NCBI GenBank assembly: GCA_965659685.1
Contig: CBFHXB010000007.1
Location: 29,314 to 93,313 of the forward strand
Direction: 5' to 3'
DNA: 64,000 bases
DNA from: Candidatus Poseidoniaceae archaeon
GTDB taxonomy: Archaea > Thermoplasmatota > Poseidoniia > Poseidoniales > Poseidoniaceae
Shown here in pieces: positions 37,536-47,000 of this stretch (within the stretch, counting starts at the first letter, position 1; each line of letters opens with the position of its first letter). The position numbers and the translations under genes are program-made. The notes beneath the pieces were generated by a model. It was not told the DNA's origin. It did not search any database and saw nothing but the letters and a program-made list of their open reading frames with translations.

Positions 37536-38075
37536 ATGAGCGAAGGAATCGACGTTCGGGTGGAAAACCGCCTCATTCGCTTCATCCCCGCGAAGCCCGT
37601 CGACCAAGGCCGTGTGGAGGCCGACCTTGGTGGTGTACGCGCGGGCGAACTTGTCGTGGTGGCCTTGACCCGGCCATCCGCGACGGTCATCGTTGACCGC
37701 GAAGGGCGTCTCATCGTTCACGGCACCCACCGTGTGGAAGCCGCGCAAGCCGCAGCGAAGGAAATCCTCCTGCGTCTCGGCGTCGACGACGCTTCCCTTT
37801 CGATGGAGTTTGGCCCGATCATCGCGTCGTTCCAGTACCGAAGAGCCGTCCACATCGACCGTCTTGCGGGCGATCTTGGAGCCGGTCAAGGTGAAGTCGA
37901 CCAGCGGCTCGGATGCGTTTGCATCCGCGACGAGCGTCATGGGCTGACCATCCATCTCTGGGGCAACGGCAAAGCCGTCGCCACCGAGGCCCGCCATCCC
38001 AACATGGTCGCGATGGCAGCGGTGCATTGGCGAACGCAAATCGAAAGCCGCCAAGCCTTCGTGAGCGAGGCCTGA
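37536..38075 (+). CDS. Divergent TBP-like fold protein (two TBP-type repeats)
   Basis: Two tandem segments match the TBP repeat pattern of a hydrophobic run followed by G(K/R)(L/I)(V/I)x(T/H)G(A/T)(K/H)(S/R)xxEAxxAAxxILLRLG (…TVIVDREGRLIVHGTHRVEAAQAAAKEILLRLG and …LTIHLWGNGKAVATEARHPNMVAMAAV). Confidence 0.35.
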   Translation: MSEGIDVRVENRLIRFIPAKPVDQGRVEADLGGVRAGELVVVALTRPSATVIVDREGRLIVHGTHRVEAAQAAAKEILLRLGVDDASLSMEFGPIIASFQYRRAVHIDRLAGDLGAGQGEVDQRLGCVCIRDERHGLTIHLWGNGKAVATEARHPNMVAMAAVHWRTQIESRQAFVSEA

Positions 38076-38077
38076 CG

Positions 38078-38956
38078 ATGTCCACCTACCAAGGTCCCAT
38101 CACGGACGACCACTTCCATCTGCGTCGTGACGGTCGGTGCCTGGCCGCAGCGGAAGATTTTGCTCGCGCGGGGGGCACTGACTTGGTGCTCGTTCATTGC
38201 CCCGATTTCGCCGCCCCTCCCACGGACGAGGCCGGTCACAAAGCGGCGTATGCAGACACGGTGGCGATGGCCGAAGAAGTTCGGGCCTCCGTTGGTCTTG
38301 GCGTCCGCGTGGTCCTCGGTCCTCATCCAGCGGCCTTCGCGCATCAATTCGAAGCGTGGACCGTCGAAGGCGAGACCGGTCGAAGTCGAGCCATCGAGTC
38401 CTACACGTCGAGCATCGACGCTGCCGTTTCGTTCATCGAAGAGGGCCAAGCCCATGCGGTGGGCGAGGTTGGACGGCCGCATTGGCCGGTGAGCGAGGAC
38501 ATTTGGGACCTCTCCAACGAACTCTTGGCGTGGACGATGCGTCGCGCTGGCCGGGAAGGCTTCGCGTTGCAATTGCACGTTGAAGGAGAGCAAGCTTCGA
38601 CCTACCCTGAACTCGCGGCCATGGCAGACCGAGAAGGGTGCCCGCGGGACCGTATCGTTCGTCATTACGCTCCGCCCGACGTGAGTGCTGCCTCCACGCA
38701 CGGTCTGATTCCGAGCGTGCTGTGCGGCAAGGGGTCCTTGCCGGTGCTGCTGGACACCATGGCCGATGCACGTCAAGGCTTCATGCTCGAGACCGATCAC
38801 ATGGACGACCCTGGGCGCCCTGGCGCGGTGTTGGGTCCCAAAACGGTTCCAAAGCGAACCCGACAACTCAGCGAGGCCGGGGTGGACGACGAGGTCCTTT
38901 ATCGGGCTCACGTGGATTTGCCCGAGCGCTTGTACGGACCCTCCATCAGGGCATGA
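38078..38956 (+). CDS. TatD-related metal-dependent hydrolase (TIM-barrel)
   Basis: N-terminal DDHFHL metal-binding motif and later His/Glu/Asp ligands typical of the TatD/amidohydrolase fold. Confidence 0.55.
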   Translation: MSTYQGPITDDHFHLRRDGRCLAAAEDFARAGGTDLVLVHCPDFAAPPTDEAGHKAAYADTVAMAEEVRASVGLGVRVVLGPHPAAFAHQFEAWTVEGETGRSRAIESYTSSIDAAVSFIEEGQAHAVGEVGRPHWPVSEDIWDLSNELLAWTMRRAGREGFALQLHVEGEQASTYPELAAMADREGCPRDRIVRHYAPPDVSAASTHGLIPSVLCGKGSLPVLLDTMADARQGFMLETDHMDDPGRPGAVLGPKTVPKRTRQLSEAGVDDEVLYRAHVDLPERLYGPSIRA

Positions 38957-39011
38957 TGCTGGGCCCTTCGGGGCGTCATCTTCATGTTTGACCCGCTTCA
39001 CCACCGACACG

Positions 39012-40106
39012 ATGACCCGCTCGTCACGCGCCGTTTTGGCCGTTGGACTGCTTCTGCTGTCCCTTCTGCTTGCGGCGGCACCGGGCGCCCAAGCCCAACT
39101 CGGCATCGGGGTGCAAATCGATTGCGACGAGGACCCCGAGCTCAACGTTCGTCCTTCTGAGAACGACGACGTCAAGATCACCTGCACGGTGAAGAACACT
39201 GGACAATTGGAGTCCACCGTCTCCGTGGACTACGAATGGCAGGAGGAGGATCCTCGCGTTGACATGTCGCTTTCCGAGGATGAATTCACCCTCGCGGCCG
39301 GTGCGGAAGAGGACTTTGAGGCCACCTTCTCTGGCTCCCCGAGGATCGAAGCAGACCTTTCGCTTGATTTCGACATCACCGCATCCATCTCCTCCGTGAT
39401 GGTGCTGCCCGTGGACCAACTCAACCAATCCGCGGTGTATTCTGGCGAATTGACCGTGGCCACCTTTGGCATGGTGGACCTGACCCTGACCGATCGATCG
39501 ACGCGCAACCTCGAGGTCAGCGAAGAGGTCAGCATCGGCTTCACCATGGGCAACGACGGCAATGCCGAGGACAAGATCGAAGTGAACATCGCAAACCTTG
39601 CTGAATTGGAATCCGCAGGATTCAGTTTCCCTGAAGGCAGTTTCGTGGCCGAGACGGTCATGGTCGAGGGCACATCTGCGGAACGGACGCTCGTGTTGCG
39701 CACCCCTTCCGATGTCACCGATGAAGTGCGCGTTCAGGTCGTGTTCGAGGCCACCAGCACCAACGACGCAACGGCTGAGCCGATGCAGTCCTCGGTCACC
39801 GTCGTGGTCAAGGCAGCCGCTTCGAATGCCGCGTTGGGTGGTGGGCTGGAAGAACTCAGCCAAGACCAAATCCAACTCTATGCCGCCATCGGAGGCGGTG
39901 TGGTGGTCTTCTTCCTGATGATCCTCGTCATCGGGCGTCTCGTGCGCCGATCCGGTGGACCTGAACTCGAGGACGTGACCGACATCGACGAGCCGACGAT
40001 GCCCGGCGCCATGCCCGCAGCGGCCCCCGTTGCCATGGCTGCTCCGGCCGACGAATTTGATGGCATGTTCGACGAACTCGACGAGTTCGATTTTGACGAC
40101 CTCTGA
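39012..40106 (+). CDS. Secreted acidic surface protein with signal peptide and C-terminal TM anchor plus acidic tail
   Basis: Signal MTRSSRAVLAVGLLLLSLLLAAAPGAQA. C-terminal VVVFFLMILVIGRLVRRSGG then DEFDGMFDELDEFDFDDL. Same topology as the giant protein. Confidence 0.6.
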   Translation: MTRSSRAVLAVGLLLLSLLLAAAPGAQAQLGIGVQIDCDEDPELNVRPSENDDVKITCTVKNTGQLESTVSVDYEWQEEDPRVDMSLSEDEFTLAAGAEEDFEATFSGSPRIEADLSLDFDITASISSVMVLPVDQLNQSAVYSGELTVATFGMVDLTLTDRSTRNLEVSEEVSIGFTMGNDGNAEDKIEVNIANLAELESAGFSFPEGSFVAETVMVEGTSAERTLVLRTPSDVTDEVRVQVVFEATSTNDATAEPMQSSVTVVVKAAASNAALGGGLEELSQDQIQLYAAIGGGVVVFFLMILVIGRLVRRSGGPELEDVTDIDEPTMPGAMPAAAPVAMAAPADEFDGMFDELDEFDFDDL

Positions 40107-40207
40107 CGGAAACTTCTGTTCGGGTCACAGCCCCACATTTTCGACCTCTGTTGAGGGGGAATGGTCAAAGGCCGGTGTGCCTGGCTACACCGATGGAGGG
40201 TGTGCGT

Positions 40208-40999
40208 ATGCTGGACCTCAAAGGAAAGACGGCCTTCGTGTTTGGAGTGGCGAGCGAAGATTCCATCGCTTGGGCCATCTGCCAACAACTCGCTGCGGCA
40301 GGCTGCACGCTCTACCTTGGCTACCAGAAGCGGTTCATGAGCCGGATTTTCAAGCTCAAGGACCAGTTGCCCTCCATTGGAGGATTCTACCCCCTGGACG
40401 TGGCAGAAGACGCGACCACCAAGGAATTCTTTGATGCGTTTTCCGCGGAACATCCCGGCAAGAAAGCGGACATCCTTGTCCACGCCATTGGCTTTGCACC
40501 TCGCACCTGTTTCGATCGCCCCATCCTCTTCGTCGAAGACGCCGACATCAACACCGCGATGACCATTTCTGCCAACAGCCTCCAGCGCTGCTTGAAGCAC
40601 GCCCTGCCCTACCTCTCCGAGGGCTCCTCGACCATCACGCTGACCTATGCGGCCTCCACCCGGCACGTCCCCTCTTACGGCATCATGAGCATGGCCAAGG
40701 CCGCGCTGGAGTGCTGGACGCGGGAACTCGCCTGCCACCTTGGCCCCGAGGGTCATCGCGTAAACGCCATCTCCTCGGGCCCCATCCGGACCATCGCGGC
40801 GTCGGGCATCCCCGGTTTTGACAACATCCTGGATCACGTGGCGTCAAATGCGCCACTGCGGCGCAACGTCACGCAATCCGACGTGGCGGGAACGACCCTT
40901 TGGTTGGCCAGCCCGCTGTCCGCTGGAGTGACGGGGCAGGTCATCCACGTGGATGCCGGCTATTCGATCACCATGGTTCCAGGAACCATCATGGAGTGA
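40208..40999 (+). CDS. fabI: Enoyl-[acyl-carrier-protein] reductase (NADH), FabI-type SDR
   Basis: FabI hallmarks: GVASEDSIAWAI N-terminus, Y…K active-site region (SYGIMSMAKAALE), SGPIRT motif. The stop lies 9 nt before the megasynthase ATG. Confidence 0.8.
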   Translation: MLDLKGKTAFVFGVASEDSIAWAICQQLAAAGCTLYLGYQKRFMSRIFKLKDQLPSIGGFYPLDVAEDATTKEFFDAFSAEHPGKKADILVHAIGFAPRTCFDRPILFVEDADINTAMTISANSLQRCLKHALPYLSEGSSTITLTYAASTRHVPSYGIMSMAKAALECWTRELACHLGPEGHRVNAISSGPIRTIAASGIPGFDNILDHVASNAPLRRNVTQSDVAGTTLWLASPLSAGVTGQVIHVDAGYSITMVPGTIME

Positions 41000-41008
41000 G
41001 GTGGGAAC

Positions 41009-44000
41009 ATGACGATCACCACAGCAGACGGCAAAGAAGTCGGAGGAACCGACCAAGGTCCCTTCGAACCGATCGCAATCATCGGATGCTCGGCGTTGAT
41101 GCCCGATGCTGAAGACACGGCATCGTTCTGGCAGAACATCATCGATGCCCACGTGAGCATCCGCGACCTCCCTGAGGGCCGATGGCCCGGTCCAGTGGAG
41201 CAGTTTTGGGCCGAGGGCGCACCGGGACAAGTCGTAGAGAACAGGACCTACGCCAAGATTGGCGCCTTTGTCGAAGGCTTCGAATTCAACTGGCGCCGCT
41301 GGCGGCAACCTCCCGGGACGCTCCCACAAATCGATCCGTGTCAACTCTGGGCGGTCGAAGTTGCGGCTTCGGCGTTGGAGCACGCAGGCTACGGGGACGA
41401 CGGTCGGCCATTGGACCGCAGCCGCGTGGGTGTGGTCTTTGCGAACGCGCTCGGCGGTGAAAATCGAAACGAATCCAATCAACGGGTGTGGGCCGAGCGC
41501 AACCGCGCCTTGGCCATTGAGGCCGGTTTGCCTGAAGCGTCCAGCGATGCGTTTGTTGCGGCCATGGTGGAGGGTGCTCCCAAAATCACAGAAGACACGA
41601 TGCCGGGAGAACTGGCCAACGTCGTGTCTGGCCGGGTGGCCAATCTGCTTGATTTGCAGGGTCCAAACCACGCGATGGACGCGGCATGTGCCTCTTCCCT
41701 TGCGGCCTTGCTCGATGCATGTCGGCTGCTTCACGCACGCCAAGTGGACGCCATGATTTGCGGTGCATCCGACCGCACCATGGACCCGGCGACCTACGCC
41801 AAGTTCAGCGCCATTGGTGCGCTGTCGCCCAGCCATTCCACGCCGTTCGACGCCCGTGCAAACGGCTTCGTGATGGGCGAAGGTGCTGGCGCGATGGTCC
41901 TGAAACGCCTCAGCGACGCGGTGCGGGACGAGGACGAAATATTCGCCGTCATCCGCGGGATTGGCGGCTCATCGGACGGCCGTGGAAAAGGCATCACCGC
42001 TCCTTCGCAGCGTGGTCAGATTCAGGCCATCGCACGCGCCTACAATCAGGCGGGATATGCGGCTTCGTCCGTCGAGTTGGTCGAAGCTCACGGGACCTCG
42101 ACGAAGGTCGGTGACGCCACAGAATTATCCACGTTGGGCACCTTGTGGACGGGACTTGGCGCCGGGGACCACGTTGCCGTGGGTTCCATCAAGAGCCAAA
42201 TCGGCCACCTGAAGGCGGCCGCAGGCATGGCGGGCTTGCTCAAGGTCACCATGGCCTTGCACCATGCCACCATCCCTCCGAGTGCAGGATTTGAAACGCC
42301 CAATCCTACGGTGGATTGGTCGACGAATCCCTTCTTCGTTCCAACCGAACCAATGGCGTGGCCCAAGCCAGACGGCCACCCACGCCGTGCCGGTGTGAGT
42401 GCCTTCGGCTTCGGGGGAACCAACTTCCACGTTGCCCTCGAAGCCTTCGATCCTGAACTCCACACCAGCATGGGCGCCACCTGGGCGTCGCGTTGGGACG
42501 CATTCACCGGCACGCCCTCCGCTCCCTCGGCAGCCTCCATCCTCGATGCATCGGCGACCCCTTCCCTCGATCATGCCGCCCTGAAGGCGATCGAAGGCGG
42601 TCTCCTGCTGCTGTCGGGCGACAGCGTCGAAGCCGTGTCGGGCCGACTTGCAGGTTTGTCCGTCTCTGGGCCAACCTTCGACGACGATGCTCGCGGCCAC
42701 CGTCTTTCCGCCGTGTTTGCGGATTGGTCGGCCTCCTTTGACCCCAAGGCTTCGGTTCGACTCGCTGTCGTGGCCACGTCGTGGGCCGAATTTGACAAGC
42801 GGAAGGGGTTGGCTGCCTCGTCGCTCGCTGACCCATCGCGTTGGGGCTTCTTGGCCGCTCAAGGCATCATGATCACAGACCAGCCGCCCATGCCGGCTCA
42901 AGCCAAAGTGGCCCACATGTACCCCGGCCAAGGCAGCCAATACGTCGGCATGACGCAAGACCTGTGGCAACGCTTCTCTGCGGTGCAGGACGTGTGGCGA
43001 CTCGCAGACGAGACCATGGTGGAAGTCCTCGACGGCGAAACGCTGTCCTCCTTCGTGTTGCGCAGCAACCTCAGCAAAGAGGAGATGAAAGACGCTGAGG
43101 AGAAACTGAAGCGCACCGAGTACACTCAGCCGGCGATGTTGACGGCCGATTTGGCCATCGAACGTGCGCTCAACGACCACGGCCTCAAGCCGGACATGGT
43201 TGCTGGACATTCCCTCGGTGAATATGCGGCCCTGATGTCGGCGGGCATCATGGACATGGACAGCGCCCTCCGTGCTGCTGCTGCACGTGGCACTGAGATG
43301 GGCTCCGTCGAGATCGACGATCAAGGCCTGATGGCCTCGGTCAGTGCCCCACTTGCGGACGTGGAGCGCATTCTGGAGGGGACCGACGGGTACGTCATTG
43401 CGGCCAACAAGAACTCGCCCAAGATGACGGTCATCGCCGGAGAAACGGCACCCGTCAAGGCCGCAATGGCCGCTTTTGAAGCCGAAAGCATGCCTTGCAC
43501 CGTCCTGCAAACCTCCCACGCCTTCCACTCCAAGATCGTCGCTCCGGCCAACGCGCCGCTGCGCGCCTTCCTCGAGGGATTGGACCTGCAATGGCCCTCG
43601 ATTCCGATCACGGCCAACGTTGACGGGACCTTCTACGCGATGGAGGGCGAGGACGCAAAGACGGCCGTCTTGGAGAAGCTCGCCGGGCAAATGGCCTCCG
43701 CTGTGGAGTGGACCGCCCAGATCGAAACGATGGCCGCCGCAGGTGCGGGAGCCTTCGTCGAAGTCGGGCCGAAGCGGGCGTTGACCGTGTTCGCGTCGCA
43801 GATCCTCGAAGACCGACCGCATCTTGCCGTGATGACCAACCACCCGAAGCAAGGTGGCATCGCCAGTTTCCTCTCCGCACTTGGGATGCTCGCGCTCGCA
43901 GGGCGCGTCCCCTCGCTCCCAAACGGTTCCAGCGACGTGTTGACCGAGGCCTTCCGCGCGGGTCCGACCGAAGCCTGGGCGTCGGCTTCGGCTCAACCGG

Positions 44001-47000
44001 TCCGCTCTTCCGAGGCGCACGAAGACCTTCGTACCCGAGCCCGCCCGTTGCCTTCCAACGGTGGGACCCCAGCCGTTGCGCAGGCCGTGACGACAACGGC
44101 GACGAAACCCGTCGATCCTGCCGAAGCCCTCGCCGCGTACGTCGGCGACCGTCTCGCGGCGTTGTGCGGCTACCCAGCCCGGTTCTGTCGTGGTGCCGTG
44201 GACCTTCGTCTCGGCCTTGGCATGACCGATGCAAGCGTGGCCAGCGTGGTCCAGCGCCTGCGCAGTGAGGCTTCCCTCGATCCAGACGTCGACATCGCTG
44301 GCGCCCAAACTCCAGCAGAGCTCGTTCGCGCCGTCCGAGCCCCACCCGCCGGTTGGATTCCGGCTGCTCCGGCCACGCGCCGCCCAATCACCACCACGGC
44401 CGTCACGAACGCCGTTCACGACCCGATGGCCGACCGGCGTGCCAATCCCTACGTGATCACCGGCGTTTCCTTGGGCTTGCCCGGAGGCGAACGCGTCTTC
44501 GACGAAGACGTGTTTGAGCGTCTCGTCCGCGGTGAAACTTGCATCGAAGAGGTGTCGGATGCGTACAAGCAGGCGCTGCTCGATCGAAACATCGTCCGGT
44601 TGGTCAAGGGTCGAGACGGCTCTGTGGACATGTCTCCGGCGGAAACCTTCGGCGACATCCCACAATTGGCTGGCGTTGCCCACGCGTTTGACCTCGCCGA
44701 AGAATTCGGCGTGGACCCCAAGGCCGTCCTCGCATGGGACATCACGACTCAACTCGCCGTGGCTTCTGGCCTTCTCGCCCTACGGGACGCCGCCATTCCA
44801 CTGACTCCCGAAGAGCAAGTGGGCAAAGGCGGACTCCGTCTCATTCGTGGATGGCAAGTCCCTCAACATCAGCGTGAGCGAACCGGCGTGGTCTTCGCGT
44901 CCTGCTTCCCCGGCACCACCGCTTCCTTTGCGCATGCACGGAACAACGGTGCAGACGCTGACGACGTGTTCGATCGACGCTTCCTGTTCCAAGTTCTGAA
45001 CATGGGCCATGCGCAATTCGCACAGCACACCGGCATCCGCGGACCAAATTCAACCATCAACGTCGCTTGCGCGTCCGCCACGGCTGCGTTTAGCATCGCT
45101 GAAGATTGGCTGGCCAACGACCGTGCAGACCGCGTGGTCATCATTTCCTCGGACAACGTGACCAGCCCAGAATTGTGGTCGTGGATCGGCGCAGGCTTCG
45201 CGGCCTCAGGAGCCGCGTCGTCCAGCAACGTGGTCGAAGAAGCCGCGCTGCCCTTCGACCGCCGCCGCAACGGCTTGATCCTCGGCATGGGGGCCGCCGC
45301 CTTCGTGGTGGAGCGGAACGCCGAAGCCGCAGAACGGGGCGTTCAGCCCTACGCAGAATTGCTCGGGACACGCATGGCCAATTCTGCTTTCCACGGCACC
45401 AGGCTTGACGTGGACCACGTGGCCCAAACCGTGGATGGATTCGTTGGTCAGATGGAGCGGACTTGGGGTCTTGACCGACACAGCATGGCGCCGAACACGG
45501 TGTTCTTCTCCCACGAGACCTACACGCCCGCCCGGGGCGGCTCCGCTCAATCCGAGGTCAAGGCCCTCCGGACCACCTTCGGTGAAAGCACGGACAAGAT
45601 CCTCATTGCGAACACGAAGGGCTTCACCGGCCACCCGATGGGCGTCGGCATCGAGGATGCCAGCATGATCCACGGCCTCCACCATCGCCGCTTCCCGCCC
45701 ATCGCCAACCACAAGGAAGTGGACCCCGAGTTGGGCAACCTCAACCTCAGCAAGGGCGGCAACATCGACGGCATCGAATACGGCATCCGTTTCGGGGCCG
45801 GTTTCGGTTCACAAATCGCCCTCTCCTTGGTCCGTCGGTGGCCTGTCGAAGGGGAACGCGTGAACGGCAAAGCCGTCCTGGCATGGAACCGCCGCTTGGC
45901 GGGGACCAACGACGTGCTGCTTCGTGTCCTTGACAACAAGTTGGTCGCTTACGTCGATGGAGAGAGCAACCTCCACGGTGGCGTTCAAGGTGACGAGTGG
46001 GGTCCAAGTGCGCCCTTCGAGGGGCTTGTTGACGAGCCTGAGGTCGCGCCTGCGCCCGCTCCTGCACCCACACCAACACCTGCGGCTCCTGCACCGGCGC
46101 CCAAGGCGGCTCCAATGGCCGTGGCCAGCGATGACGAGGTCACGGCGGCGATGATCGAGGTCGTCGTTGAGCACACCGGTTATCCGGCAGAATTCATCGA
46201 GATGGATCAAGACCTCGAGGGTGAACTCGGCATTGACACCGTCAAGCAAGCCGAGATTATGGCAGCCCTTCGCGATCGGTTTTCGCTCCCTGTTGACGAA
46301 GACTTCGTGCTTTCCGACCATCCAACGCTCAACCATATGCTCGCGTACCTGACGCGCATGCAAGGTGGCGAGGCGCCTGCCGTGGCAGCACCACGTGACG
46401 TGCCAGCACCCGCTCCGGCACCTGCTCCTGCCCCCGCGAAGACCGAGCCAGCACCCGCTCCGGCACCTGCTCCTGCCCCAGCGGCGGACGCCGGTGACCT
46501 TGTGGACACGGTGGTGGCCGTTGTGGTCGAACACACCGGCTACCCCGCGGACTTCATCGAATTGGACCAAGACCTCGAAGGCGAACTTGGCATTGACACC
46601 GTCAAGCAAGCCGAGATCATGGCGGACATTCGTGCTCGCTTCTCCCTGCCGATCGACGAGGATTTCCTCCTCTCCGACCACCCGACGTTGAACCACATGG
46701 TGGCCTACATTCAGCGCATGACCGGGGGAGATGCACCCGCACCTCCAGCGGCCGCCACAACGCCTGAACCTGCTGCCGCTCCGGCGTCTGCGCCGGCTCA
46801 AGAGCCGGAGGCTGCACCCCCCGCTCCTGCTCCGTCAGGCGACGACGGCTCCATCGCCGCTCGTCTCGTGGAGGTCGTGGTCAAGCACACGGGTTACCCA
46901 GAGGATTTCATTGAACTCGACCAAGACCTCGAAGGTGAACTTGGTATTGACACCGTCAAACAGGCGGAAATCATGGCGGACGTTCGCGCCATTTTCGATC

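Noticed and set aside
42125-44752. 875-aa minus-strand ORF inside the megasynthase gene
   Set aside because: Antisense to the KS/AT domains, whose catalytic motifs are unambiguous on the + strand.
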